The position numbers and the translations under genes were made by a program. The notes below the pieces were generated by a model. It was not told the DNA's origin. It made no database searches and saw only the letters and a list, made by a program, of their open reading frames with translations. A DNA stretch of 24,587 nt from a virus (Duplodnaviria; Caudoviricetes): positions 1 through 24,587 of IMG/VR virus record IMGVR_UViG_3300028178_000019; one strand, 5' to 3'. Below are positions 4,981 to 14,834 of this stretch, one piece after another. The first letter of the stretch is position 1. The number at the start of each line of letters is the position of its first letter.

Positions 4981-7836
4981 TTAAAGTTTGTTAATAACTA
5001 TTTGCCTATGTGCAGGCACCTTGTCAGTAACCTTAGCGTCTCTTCTACTTCTTTTATAAGAAGCAACTTTGTGTGTAAGTATATGAACCACCCCCACTAC
5101 AGCATCACAGGTGTCGTTATGCCTATTGGGAATATGGTCTACTTTTTGTTTTTTTGGATCATATTCTAAATGAAGCAGCTCATCTATATATACTTCATTC
5201 CTGGGATGTATCAGTCTTCCTTCTATATAAGCACTCTTTGCTTCCATATAAGGAACAGGAGTAGTGACTGTAGACAAGGGACCACTTCTTACTTTTAGTT
5301 TTCTAAGTCCTTGTATAAAAGATACGTTTTGGTAGGTATCCATAGTAACTATCTTCATATTCAAAAGATCGCACAAATAAAACATGAAGCCTCGGAGCAT
5401 ATCAAAGTCTACTTCTCCTCCTTGAGGAGGTCGGATCTGTATAATTCCATCTATGCATATAACCGGAGCATCCATATCTAATACTTCTCTAAAATCATTC
5501 TGTTCCTTGGAATAAAAAGAAGTAGAAGGAAGACTTTTATATTCTTGTATATGGCCTATAGCCAGCCCCACTCTGTCCTTACTTACACCTAAATCTACAT
5601 GCATACAGAAAGAAGCATTCTTATCGAAGGCTATTTGTTTCATATAATTTTTATCTATTAACAGGTCCCATTCCCACGGCCCTACAAAATAATCATTTAT
5701 AACAATAGATTCCTCTTTAAATAAAGAATGTCCACTATAATATGATTCATACACTGTATAGGCGTCTACTACGCTTTCTTTAAAAGGCATAAAAGCACGC
5801 CGATGCCCCGTAGCTAACCCCGCGAAGTCTCTAAGTGCTGTTTCTATATCTCTTTCGAAGTCGGATCTATACTCCTCTGGAACTTCAAGAATATCTGCTT
5901 CTGGTATAGCGAACTCTTTAGACTCTAAAATTCTAGAACTGCGGTCTAGTGTTCCTACTTCTACCATAAACTTTTTCCCAGAAAATCTATCTTGTGCTAG
6001 TGTATCCCATATTGCGTGCTTTACTACATATATTTGATTGTCCCATTTTGCTTCTTCTATTTTCTTGGAAAGAAAATCTCCAGGGTAATGTACAGCCGAA
6101 TCTAAAATAAGACACCCGGGTATTTTACCGTAGGTTTGAAACCTACTTTTAAGTCGCTGAATTAAATTAGTATACACATTTGATGCTTGATCGTAAGTAG
6201 TGTTTTCCTGGCCTCTCATAGAAAGTTGCCTACTATTCTCTACTACAGAGAAATAATTCAATTCTGAAACCACCCCGAGCCACACATCCAATCCTATTGT
6301 AGCCATTTCATTGCCAGAGACGGGAAGCACATATATATTTCGAGGAAATTGCAATTCAGATGTGACGTGCTTATTAAAGGGAAAATTTTTGATAAAGTAA
6401 TCGCTGGATGCAATACTGGATAACAAAGGATCAAATAGAATTTTTTTACTCAGTCTCAGCGAAACAGACTGCAAAATCATAACTATAGAAGATCCGGGGC
6501 TTAAAGAAAATTGATACTGTGGATTATGCAGCATACTTAATCTATACAACATATAACACATTAACATCCTGGAAAGATAGGACTTACCCCAACCAACCGA
6601 ATTATGTGTAATAATTCCAGTATGTTGCGCATAATTATTAAAAGGAGATTTCATTTCTAAATCATATACATCACGCTTCCCTATAAATTTTATTTCTGTT
6701 ATAGTTTCTTCTTGAATATTACAATTCCCTAAATGAGAAGCTCCTTTTATTTCACTATGCAGAGCATCGTGTTCTATTTTAGTTAATAGCTCAAGATTAG
6801 ATAATCTATCGTTAGACTCATCTAAATCAATGTGATGCACAACCAACTTAGGGTCTGAATAGGATAGTTTACTAGCGGCTACTTCATCGGTTCTTATAAT
6901 CCTTAGTAATTGCTTCTCAGACATATTATTAAGAGCAGCATCGATTACTATCCTGGAGTAATAAATTCTCTTATAGTCTTTACCAGAAATAAAATGACGT
7001 CTTGCGTAAGGATGAAAAGGAACTGAGTAAGCCACTGTTCTATATTGATTTCTTTTCTTTCTTCCTTCCCCTTTTTTTACAGGTGCCCTACACATAATAA
7101 TACTACCCACTTTTAATTTAGCTAAAGGAACATATGTCATATTAGCGGGTATTTTAAAACGATGCTCTTTAGTACATAACAATGATTTTCCAGAATCTGT
7201 GGTTACTCTATATACATTCTTTTTTCCATTAAAAAATACTTTTTCTATTTTATTATACCCAACAAGATTATTATCTTTTAAAGATAAAGTATGAAAATTA
7301 TTATTAGCATAGGGATTAGGTATAATATTATTTACAATATTATACAATTTTTTAATTGACATTACGTAAACATTATACTTATGAGAAGAGTCAAATGATG
7401 GAGAAGGGATCCCGATATTTAATAAAGTATCACCAGAGATACAACCTGTGAGTACTACCTCTCGCGTATTATCCATGTTTTCAATAATACGTTGCATTTC
7501 ATATTTGACAAGAGGACGCACTGAGCCTTTTTGGCCCATATATTCTTTACTCTCTAGAAACTCTTCTACATCAACTAGTCTACCCTTATACCCCTTTTCC
7601 TTGTATAAAAAAGAACCATCGTTTTCTTTTAGAGCTTGTATAAAATTTCTACAAAAGTTATTAAGGTCGTCTTTTAAGATATAGGCATCTGCACCATCAG
7701 AAATTTGAGGACAAGCTAACACCAGTGCCTCTAACATGGACTCATCCCTAGTAGAAAGCCTGTTTTCTCTTAATACATCAAATACTAATTCGAATGCAGT
7801 ATTAAGTGGTATTACTTGTAGATTTTCTAGTGCCAA
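4981..7836 (-). CDS. terL: Terminase large subunit (intein-containing precursor)
   Basis: After removing the intein the Walker A reads VVLTG-SVGWGKS; C-terminal RNase H-like nuclease with MHVDLG, VTMDTYQ, KVDHIPNRHNDTCDAVVG. Confidence 0.88.
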   Translation of the reverse strand: MALENLQVIPLNTAFELVFDVLRENRLSTRDESMLEALVLACPQISDGADAYILKDDLNNFCRNFIQALKENDGSFLYKEKGYKGRLVDVEEFLESKEYMGQKGSVRPLVKYEMQRIIENMDNTREVVLTGCISGDTLLNIGIPSPSFDSSHKYNVYVMSIKKLYNIVNNIIPNPYANNNFHTLSLKDNNLVGYNKIEKVFFNGKKNVYRVTTDSGKSLLCTKEHRFKIPANMTYVPLAKLKVGSIIMCRAPVKKGEGRKKRNQYRTVAYSVPFHPYARRHFISGKDYKRIYYSRIVIDAALNNMSEKQLLRIIRTDEVAASKLSYSDPKLVVHHIDLDESNDRLSNLELLTKIEHDALHSEIKGASHLGNCNIQEETITEIKFIGKRDVYDLEMKSPFNNYAQHTGIITHNSVGWGKSYLSRMLMCYMLYRLSMLHNPQYQFSLSPGSSIVMILQSVSLRLSKKILFDPLLSSIASSDYFIKNFPFNKHVTSELQFPRNIYVLPVSGNEMATIGLDVWLGVVSELNYFSVVENSRQLSMRGQENTTYDQASNVYTNLIQRLKSRFQTYGKIPGCLILDSAVHYPGDFLSKKIEEAKWDNQIYVVKHAIWDTLAQDRFSGKKFMVEVGTLDRSSRILESKEFAIPEADILEVPEEYRSDFERDIETALRDFAGLATGHRRAFMPFKESVVDAYTVYESYYSGHSLFKEESIVINDYFVGPWEWDLLIDKNYMKQIAFDKNASFCMHVDLGVSKDRVGLAIGHIQEYKSLPSTSFYSKEQNDFREVLDMDAPVICIDGIIQIRPPQGGEVDFDMLRGFMFYLCDLLNMKIVTMDTYQNVSFIQGLRKLKVRSGPLSTVTTPVPYMEAKSAYIEGRLIHPRNEVYIDELLHLEYDPKKQKVDHIPNRHNDTCDAVVGVVHILTHKVASYKRSRRDAKVTDKVPAHRQIVINKL
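6601..7443 (-). mobile_element. Intein (281 aa) with internal HNH endonuclease, inserted in the terminase P-loop
   Basis: N-terminal CISGDT, block B LLCTKEHRF, block F VYDLEM, C-terminal HN followed by Ser+1; internal VVHHIDLDESNDRLSNLELLTKIEHDALH. Confidence 0.93.
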
Positions 7837-7837
7837 T

Positions 7838-8539
7838 CTAGTTGCTTACCTCTACGGTTTCCTTGTCCGTTTCTTTGGTAGTGATAGAATAACTACCGTC
7901 TTCGTCTAATTTTAATATTAAGGAACGTTCTTCTGCTAATGAAAGTAATTTATGGGTAGCCTGAATCATTGTCTCCCCATCATCCTTAAAACCTTCTACC
8001 AGTCCCTTCAATTTTTCAGTAGTCTCAGCCGTGATTACGTTGCTATCATCTAATTTAAGTTCTTGTTGCGCTTTTAATAAACTATGTAGCATTTTATCTA
8101 ACATAGCAATATTATCAGTAGTCTTATCCATGGGAAGGGTTTTAGCTTCTATGTCCATAAGTTTCAGAACACGCTGTGTCTGCTGGTCTACAAGCCAACT
8201 AAGTCTACCGAAGGCATCTACTTTAGAAGTGAGCCCCCTAAGTCTATTTGCCAGCTGTGTAGCCACTTTACTTTTCTGTGCTTCTTCCAATACTATCAAC
8301 GCTTTATCATCTAGAACTTTAGTTCTAAACCTGACCAGATCAGGCAACAGATCCTGAAGAGTAGCTTTCTTCTTTACATTAAAAATAGTCTGGCAGGTTC
8401 TAATTATCTCACTATTAGTAACACCCCTCTTTAGCATTTCATGGAGCTTTACCAACTGCTTATCATCCAATATAGACAACCAGCTGTTAATAGGTACTGC
8501 TTCTTTTATTTTTGCTATAAGAAATTTATCCTCAGCCAT
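7838..8539 (-). CDS. Helical protein, candidate terminase small subunit
   Basis: Directly upstream of terL; N-terminal HTH-like segment and coiled-coil-like middle. The function is a positional inference. Confidence 0.5.
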   Translation of the reverse strand: MAEDKFLIAKIKEAVPINSWLSILDDKQLVKLHEMLKRGVTNSEIIRTCQTIFNVKKKATLQDLLPDLVRFRTKVLDDKALIVLEEAQKSKVATQLANRLRGLTSKVDAFGRLSWLVDQQTQRVLKLMDIEAKTLPMDKTTDNIAMLDKMLHSLLKAQQELKLDDSNVITAETTEKLKGLVEGFKDDGETMIQATHKLLSLAEERSLILKLDEDGSYSITTKETDKETVEVSN

Positions 8540-8543
8540 AATA

Positions 8544-9428
8544 TTACTCAGAAATTTCCTCTACGGGATTTGCAGAAGGAAGATCTAAAAGACTATCAAG
8601 ATCCTGTTCTCCATCATCTATTTTCTCGAGCGTAGTTATGTGCTCTTCTACATAAGAAATGACGTCTAGATCTGCTAGCATATGTTGTAGCACTGAACTA
8701 ACTTTATACCCGGACGCAAAAATGTCTCTAAACTTATCCGTAGTTAACGCTAGATATTCTTTATCCATAGTTATCCACAAATGCCGTTGACTTCCGTAAT
8801 CAAGAATAAAGAAATTTGCAGGGACGGTCGAAGAATACTTGAGCCACAATTTCTCAATGATTTTAGCTAGTTGGCTCACACTTCCTTGGACATTTTTAAC
8901 TGCCTTATCATATTCCTTACGTGCTTCTTTAGGTAATTGTGCTCTTCCCTGTTTTACTAGAGTGTCAAACTCATCTTCGTCCGCAAACCCTAACTCTTCC
9001 GCCAAATCTTCAAAAGGAATCTCATGCTTATTTACAAGCTGGTCTATAAGCGCATTAAATTTTTCTGCATTGAGAGAACCTCTTATTTTATTAAGTTTTA
9101 CAGTCTGTAGCATTATAGTCTTCTCATCAAATATTTCGGGAGAAACTATTACACACGGAATTTCCTTTTCCCCTGCAACTCTCATGTTCTCCATTCTGTG
9201 ATAACCGTCTGTAATTATATAACTTTTTCCATCAGAAGAGGGTACCACTACGATAGGTGCTACAAAACCAACAGATTCAATATTTTCCCCTAGCATATTG
9301 AATTCCAGATCAGACATAGAATTTGGATTCCACATGTTAGGAGATAGTAGATCTATAGGTAAGCTTACTGAGTCACCATGTTCTACTTCCCTGCCATCAT
9401 GTAATAGTATTTTACTAGTTTCTTGCAT
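8544..9428 (-). CDS. ParB/Srx N-terminal domain protein
   Basis: PNMWNPN...IESVGFVAPIVV...YIITDGYHR...IPCVIV...LNKIRG. Confidence 0.85.
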   Translation of the reverse strand: MQETSKILLHDGREVEHGDSVSLPIDLLSPNMWNPNSMSDLEFNMLGENIESVGFVAPIVVVPSSDGKSYIITDGYHRMENMRVAGEKEIPCVIVSPEIFDEKTIMLQTVKLNKIRGSLNAEKFNALIDQLVNKHEIPFEDLAEELGFADEDEFDTLVKQGRAQLPKEARKEYDKAVKNVQGSVSQLAKIIEKLWLKYSSTVPANFFILDYGSQRHLWITMDKEYLALTTDKFRDIFASGYKVSSVLQHMLADLDVISYVEEHITTLEKIDDGEQDLDSLLDLPSANPVEEISE

Positions 9429-9748
9429 TATATATTATCTCCATTAATTTCTTTATCTTTTTTAGTCTGAGTTTGATATTCTATAAAGCGTCTCACAGAT
9501 AGTTTATTTCTTGTAACTTCACAGTCATTACAAATATTTACAGCTTTTAGCCCTTTATCTATATAGCCACTTTCAGGAGCAATAGGTATCGCCTTTCTTA
9601 GAATATCGCAGAAACGAGTGTGCATACGTGCTGATCTTTTTTTACAGTATACTAATTCTCCATCGGTCTCTACTTGTTTTAACCAATCCTCCGGATTTTG
9701 TGTTTTAATGTGCTTATACTTATAATCTGGCTTAGGGGTTTTAGCCAT
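9428..9748 (-). CDS. Hypothetical protein with four Cys, possibly Zn-binding
   Basis: Operonic ATG ORF overlapping both neighbours; C...C...CxxC. Confidence 0.6.
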   Translation of the reverse strand: MAKTPKPDYKYKHIKTQNPEDWLKQVETDGELVYCKKRSARMHTRFCDILRKAIPIAPESGYIDKGLKAVNICNDCEVTRNKLSVRRFIEYQTQTKKDKEINGDNI

Positions 9749-10523
9749 ATAGCGGCATCCTCATCTCCAACATATCTTTTAATAAAGCCTCAGTATAAGG
9801 CTGTAATGTCTCAACCCAAAGTTCTTCTATGTATTCATTTTGTGCTCCGAGCACCGATAATTTTGCATCTTCCCAGTAGTTTTCATGTTCCATTTTTCTT
9901 ACTATTTTATTTACTTCAAACAAATAAATTATATTTGATATGTTACTTGAATTATAAATAATTCTTAAAGAATTGTCAATATGTTTGTAAAACCATGAAT
10001 CTTTTCCCAAGAGGTACATGGAATTTATTTTAGTAGGTAACAGTAAAGAATCAGCTATAGAAGAACGGTTAAAAGAGAAATAGTCGTCAGCTATATTTTC
10101 TTCAGTCATGTTGAAATAGTGAATAGCCGATTGAACTATTCTATCTTCTACTGAAGAAAAAGTATATTTAATGTTTTTATTCAGCTCTAACCATTTTTTA
10201 AAGTGTTTAATTTTTTTAAAATTATTATCATGAGACAGTATTAGAAAAAGAGATAACGCTCTTTTATCTAATAAAGAATTACACATCCCTAGTATAATTT
10301 CCCATATATATTTCTTAGGCAATTCGGTTATTTCGGAAGGAAGAGCGGAGAAGTGGAAGGCAGCTGCCTTCCACAATACTGTTGATAAGATATTATAAGA
10401 GTTATTATGAAGAGAAATATATTTATAAGCCAAGTATGCAGAGGACACATCTCCTCTGCATATGCTTATATAAAGCATCGAAGTATAAATATTTATATCT
10501 TCTGGTATTCTTGTGAAGATCAA
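9741..10523 (-). CDS. Hypothetical protein, N-terminus weakly like the RarA/MgsA C-terminal helical domain
   Basis: SMLYISICRGDVSSAYLAY resembles the SAL.KSIR..D...A helix; otherwise unrecognised. Confidence 0.55.
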   Translation of the reverse strand: MIFTRIPEDINIYTSMLYISICRGDVSSAYLAYKYISLHNNSYNILSTVLWKAAAFHFSALPSEITELPKKYIWEIILGMCNSLLDKRALSLFLILSHDNNFKKIKHFKKWLELNKNIKYTFSSVEDRIVQSAIHYFNMTEENIADDYFSFNRSSIADSLLLPTKINSMYLLGKDSWFYKHIDNSLRIIYNSSNISNIIYLFEVNKIVRKMEHENYWEDAKLSVLGAQNEYIEELWVETLQPYTEALLKDMLEMRMPLYG

Positions 10524-11308
10524 AAAAGCTCCTCAAATTCGTCTGTTTCATCTTTATTTTTAGCTACGGGTTCTTCATCATCCTCTTCATTGTTCTCGTC
10601 TTCAACAATGATAGGACCTGATACTATGAGTTTACGCCCGTAGATACGTTCTAGATGCTCTATATGATCTTCTAAGGTTGTTTGCAAGGGAACTACTCCC
10701 TTCATTTCTAGCCACTCGGAAGCAATATTAGCTAGAGCCAATGCAAAATCATCAGAATTAATAAGCCGTGCACTCTCTTCTAGGGCCTCACTCACTAATG
10801 TCTTTTCTGCGGTACCTAGTTTAAAAGTTATGGTAGTTACAGTAGGAACATCCTCAATAATAGAGGTATGGTCTAGCTGCGCTTCTTTTTCAGTTTTAAT
10901 CTTAAAGTTAAGCTCTTTGGTAGTTGATTTCTCTGCTACATCCATCCACTCATCTGCGTTGCTCTGGTCTACTACTCGTATTAGTTCTTTAGCTTTAGTC
11001 CACCCTAATCTTTCTAATCGTTCCATGTCCATATTTAGCATAAGAGCTTTGTTATAAATCTCAACTAAATACATAGCTTTTCTGTAATTAAATTGAAGCT
11101 CGGAATCTACATAATTTTCAAAATTAGGGAAATCCCAAGTTTGATAAATATTTTGGGTATAAATATCATATAGACATTTAGCTAGTTTCATATAACCTAT
11201 TTCTACCATGTCTCTAGCCTGCAATGTCTCCTGCCTAATAGCAGTGGAATTAGCTATTATAGAAGATACCTCACTGCTACTTCTTTCAATTAATGTGGTC
11301 TTTGGCAT
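10520..11308 (-). CDS. Hypothetical, probable DNA-binding protein with acidic tail
   Basis: AGGAG RBS; YQTWDFPNFENYVDSEL...RKAMYL and LGWTKA segments as in phage HTH-like proteins. Confidence 0.6.
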   Translation of the reverse strand: MPKTTLIERSSSEVSSIIANSTAIRQETLQARDMVEIGYMKLAKCLYDIYTQNIYQTWDFPNFENYVDSELQFNYRKAMYLVEIYNKALMLNMDMERLERLGWTKAKELIRVVDQSNADEWMDVAEKSTTKELNFKIKTEKEAQLDHTSIIEDVPTVTTITFKLGTAEKTLVSEALEESARLINSDDFALALANIASEWLEMKGVVPLQTTLEDHIEHLERIYGRKLIVSGPIIVEDENNEEDDEEPVAKNKDETDEFEELF

Positions 11309-11318
11309 TTTTCTCTCC

Positions 11319-12896
11319 TTAGTCTTTCCTAATTAAACTTAAATTTGTTTTTTTCTTAGTAGGCTCTCCCGAACTTTCCTCACTGTTTGATACAGGTCTG
11401 GCTCTGTTCTTCATCCACTCTTTTATCCTAACCATATCCTCGCTTTCTATATTATTTTGTGGGTTTGTCTCAGAAATAGACTTGAGTATGTGTCTATTTT
11501 CTAGCTCTACTCCTTCATAAAAAGAATTAAATAATGCATCTTCTATAGTTGCTTCAATCTCTGCCCCAGTAAAATTCTCTGAATTTTTTGAAAGCAGGGC
11601 TAAATCATAGTTAGATGTGTCTCTTTTTCTTCTTTCTATATGTATCTTATATATAGACTGCCTTTCTTCAAAGGTAGGAAGCTCTACTGCCCATATTTCA
11701 TCTAAGCGGCCTTTTCTATAAACCATAGAAGGCATCATATCTGGATCGTTAGCTGTGAATATCATAAATACTGGACTCTTAGTTTCCTGCCTCCAGGTAA
11801 GTAGGGTAGATAACACCCTAGCAGTAACTCCAGAGTCTGTTTTACCGCTAGACTCCATCCCTGAAAATGCCTTGTCCGCCTCGTCCACAATCGTCACAAC
11901 GGGACTTACGGCTTCTATAATCTGTAAAGCGCGTCTTATCTTGGCTTCCGAATCTCCAACGAACTTGGAGAATACATTACTAATATCAAGCCTAAGAAGA
12001 GGAAGCTCAAAAAAAGAAGCCACTGACTTTGCTACATGTGTCTTACCCGTTCCCGGAAGCCCCAATAATAACATACCTTTAGGCGAGTTTATTCCATAAG
12101 CTTTTGCTTCATCTCCAAAAGCCGTTTTTCTTTTCTCTAGCCATTCCTTTAGAGAACCAAATCCACCTACTTCATCTAAAGTAAGATCTGTATCTATATA
12201 CTCCAAAACTTCAGATTTTTTAATATGTTGCTCTTTTTGAGATTGTATAATTTTATAATTAGGTTCTTCAGTAAGACTAACGGCAAGTGCTATTGCATTT
12301 TCAGCTGAAAATAGGTCCAACCCCAGGGCAGAAGTAGCTGCTTTACTTATTAATTCTTTTTTTTCTTTTTTCTTCTTTTTAGCAAAAGATATATGAGGCT
12401 CCCACTCCTTCATCAGTTTATCATAAAGCCCTTCAATTTCTTCTTTAGTAGGAAGAGGAAAATCACAATACGTAATTATATTATAAAGTTCTGGGGGTAA
12501 GTCTAAATAAGCCCCTACAAAAATAATAGTGGAAAAGTTACGTTTAGCTGTATATGCAGCGTCTATTATAGACTGTATTACATTGGCTTCTTTAAGCAGA
12601 CCTCTAATGTGATAGAAAACTCCTATAGTCTTAGAGTTCTGTGCAACGTGATTCAAAGAGGGTATAAAATCTTTTATGGCCCTGTCTTTGGTAGACGGAA
12701 CTAATTCTTTTATCCACGCTCCTCTTTCATATCTTACCATACCGGAAGTAACTTTCCAGATACACAGCTCTCTATCTATAAAGTTTAAGTCAACCATAGT
12801 AGATATAATATGTTTCTCTGCTTTAACATCTTCTACAGTAGGCATAAATAAACAGGGATTAGAACTAGCAAGATAGTTTTTAAGCTTTGGTGTCAT
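11319..12896 (-). CDS. AAA+ ATPase (Ycf46-like)
   Basis: VGGFGSLKEW, Walker A GLPGTGKT, Walker B TIVDEADK, TAND sensor, RKGRLDE, FTGAEIE. Confidence 0.88.
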   Translation of the reverse strand: MTPKLKNYLASSNPCLFMPTVEDVKAEKHIISTMVDLNFIDRELCIWKVTSGMVRYERGAWIKELVPSTKDRAIKDFIPSLNHVAQNSKTIGVFYHIRGLLKEANVIQSIIDAAYTAKRNFSTIIFVGAYLDLPPELYNIITYCDFPLPTKEEIEGLYDKLMKEWEPHISFAKKKKKEKKELISKAATSALGLDLFSAENAIALAVSLTEEPNYKIIQSQKEQHIKKSEVLEYIDTDLTLDEVGGFGSLKEWLEKRKTAFGDEAKAYGINSPKGMLLLGLPGTGKTHVAKSVASFFELPLLRLDISNVFSKFVGDSEAKIRRALQIIEAVSPVVTIVDEADKAFSGMESSGKTDSGVTARVLSTLLTWRQETKSPVFMIFTANDPDMMPSMVYRKGRLDEIWAVELPTFEERQSIYKIHIERRKRDTSNYDLALLSKNSENFTGAEIEATIEDALFNSFYEGVELENRHILKSISETNPQNNIESEDMVRIKEWMKNRARPVSNSEESSGEPTKKKTNLSLIRKD

Positions 12897-13446
12897 GTAG
12901 GCCCCTTACTTTTAAAATACATTCTTTTTCTGCAGCAGTGGTATTGCTGTTAAAGTTAGAGACCAGTGCTAAATATTTAAGCCCAAACATTGTTAGGGCA
13001 TAAGCATCAGCCTCATCTGAATTTTTAAATTCCTTATGATATTTTTTATAAAGAGCTAACTTAATATCTTCTTTTTTAGCATTACCTTTACCTGTTACAA
13101 ATTTCTTTAATATAGTAGGTGGAACATCGATATAAAACCTTTCCCTGTTATTTAGGTCATATTTAATTATTCCTCCTAGTTCTATTAAATTAGACATTGA
13201 GCTGGATTTTCCAAAGGAACCAAAAGAATACCCTTCTATAAAATAGATAGCAGCGGGTACCATAAAATGATCTATCTCAGTTATCCTATCTAAGATAATC
13301 TTGTAGCGCTGCATATAGGAATCTTTATTAGATGTTTTTACGGTCTCAGTAGAGATAGCGTCCTCTGTTAGTGAGTAAACACATACTCCAGTAGAAGTAA
13401 GCGAAAGATCCAATCCTATTATTAACTGCGTGTCATCTGTTATCAT
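12880..13446 (-). CDS. RuvC-like Holliday junction resolvase
   Basis: IIGLDLSLTSTG, FIEGYSF, LKKFVTGKGNAKKE, DEADAYAL. Start moved to ATG 13446 because the track's GTG 13464 lies inside a promoter spacer. Confidence 0.85.
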   Translation of the reverse strand: MITDDTQLIIGLDLSLTSTGVCVYSLTEDAISTETVKTSNKDSYMQRYKIILDRITEIDHFMVPAAIYFIEGYSFGSFGKSSSMSNLIELGGIIKYDLNNRERFYIDVPPTILKKFVTGKGNAKKEDIKLALYKKYHKEFKNSDEADAYALTMFGLKYLALVSNFNSNTTAAEKECILKVRGLHDTKA

Positions 13447-13452
13447 GCGATT

Positions 13453-13481
13453 ACCATACCACACTTTTTAATGCTTGTCAA
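13453..13481 (-). promoter_or_regulatory. sigma70/sigmaA-type promoter
   Basis: TTGACA-agcattaaaaagtgTGg-TATGGT with 17-bp spacer, nearly identical to the 1756-1784 copy. Confidence 0.75.
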
Positions 13482-14350
13482 GCTTTTTCTTTCTGCATTC
13501 GACAAAAATTTAACACTGGGCAATTTTTTGCAAGATATGTGGAGTAACCAGAGTCATAGCAAGACGCTATTCTAGGAGGGAGCACATTTTCTACGTATCC
13601 CTTTTTAAATTCTGTTAACTTATTAAAAATATCTCTAAGTATTACTTTGTCGTGTTTTACTAAAAAGGTTTTAACCGGAGAGGTTTTCATTTTAAAACCT
13701 TTGGATATATACATAATATATCCATACTTAGGATCAAAAGAAATATTTTTAGCTAAGCGGTCTTTTCCTATACCCCACATATATGTCTGGATCTGCCAGA
13801 GGTGCTCAATAAGAGGGGCTTTTAATTTATCAAACCCCACGGTATCTATTGTTTTTAATTCTAATACTCTAAAATTGTTTTCCGGTTTTTCTACAAACAT
13901 ATCGGGATGGCCCGTAACAAATAAGGGTTTTTCCATCTTTAATGAATACTCAGTGTATTCAAAAGCTTTAGGATTTGCACCACATACAGGACACTTTTCT
14001 TGTACCTTCTTTGTAAAAGGTGTCATATAATTGCACGATCTGCATTTCCAAAAACCGCTCCTCAAGTCATCGGATATAAAGGATTTTGTATTCTGCGCCC
14101 AGAAATGTACGGAGTTACCGATATCAAATACAACTGTGTTAGAGAATTTTACGTATTCTTTTTCTTCTATTTTACATTTATTAATTAATACGAGCTGCCT
14201 CATACAATCTTTATATAAAGATGAAGCCCGAGGATACCTAGGTAACTTCTTAGTGTAGAGCTTGCTTTTTACTGATACAAAATCCCGTGTTATAAGTTCA
14301 GGATCCCCTGATTTTTCATTCGAAGTGAGGGTCACTGTATTCAAACTCAC
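13478..14350 (-). CDS. Cas4/RecB-like PD-(D/E)xK exonuclease with Zn-ribbon insert
   Basis: ASSLYKDCMR, CRSC...CPVC insert, GHPD...ELKT, QIQTYM, C-terminal Cys cluster. Confidence 0.8.
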   Translation of the reverse strand: MSLNTVTLTSNEKSGDPELITRDFVSVKSKLYTKKLPRYPRASSLYKDCMRQLVLINKCKIEEKEYVKFSNTVVFDIGNSVHFWAQNTKSFISDDLRSGFWKCRSCNYMTPFTKKVQEKCPVCGANPKAFEYTEYSLKMEKPLFVTGHPDMFVEKPENNFRVLELKTIDTVGFDKLKAPLIEHLWQIQTYMWGIGKDRLAKNISFDPKYGYIMYISKGFKMKTSPVKTFLVKHDKVILRDIFNKLTEFKKGYVENVLPPRIASCYDSGYSTYLAKNCPVLNFCRMQKEKA

Positions 14351-14834
14351 TTCGCATCGTCCACGGTATAAATATAAAATTTATATCTGGGTACATATTT
14401 TTAAATTCAGTCAATTTAGTTTTACCTCTAATAGCAAACTCCCCCTTGACCTCTAAGAAACAGTCATAAGGAGGAGGAATATAAAAGTCCGGAGTGTAAG
14501 TATATTTACCTATGGAGAAGCAATAAGGCTCATATAAAAAATTAATTGCAATTGATTGCAAATATTCCGCCACTCTTCCTTCAAACTCAGATCTAAAATA
14601 TTTATCAAGCTTATTCGAATAGAACATGCAGGCAGAACAATTTACATCAGATATTTCAGGAGTGTCATATTTCCACTCAGGATTTATAACACCCGTATCA
14701 TCATAGCAGCTTTTAATCTTGTCTACTAAACATTCTTTGCTACAGAAAAAATCAAGACCGCTATGCTGATACTTCCAGTCTTTTTGTGCTACTACTATTG
14801 TTTTTCTGCAACTTGAGCAGAGTCTTCTAGGCAC
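14316..14834 (-). CDS. Endonuclease I-like PD-(D/E)xK nuclease with N-terminal Zn finger
   Basis: CSSC...FCSKEC; FRSEFEGRVAEYL...YEP...YTPDF...LEVKG as in the T7 endonuclease I family. Confidence 0.75.
   Translation of the reverse strand: MPRRLCSSCRKTIVVAQKDWKYQHSGLDFFCSKECLVDKIKSCYDDTGVINPEWKYDTPEISDVNCSACMFYSNKLDKYFRSEFEGRVAEYLQSIAINFLYEPYCFSIGKYTYTPDFYIPPPYDCFLEVKGEFAIRGKTKLTEFKNMYPDINFIFIPWTMRSEFEYSDPHFE

Noticed and set aside
13478-14350. Cas4 as evidence for a CRISPR-Cas system
   Set aside because: Solo Cas4-like nucleases are common in phage recombination modules; no cas1 or cas2 is present.
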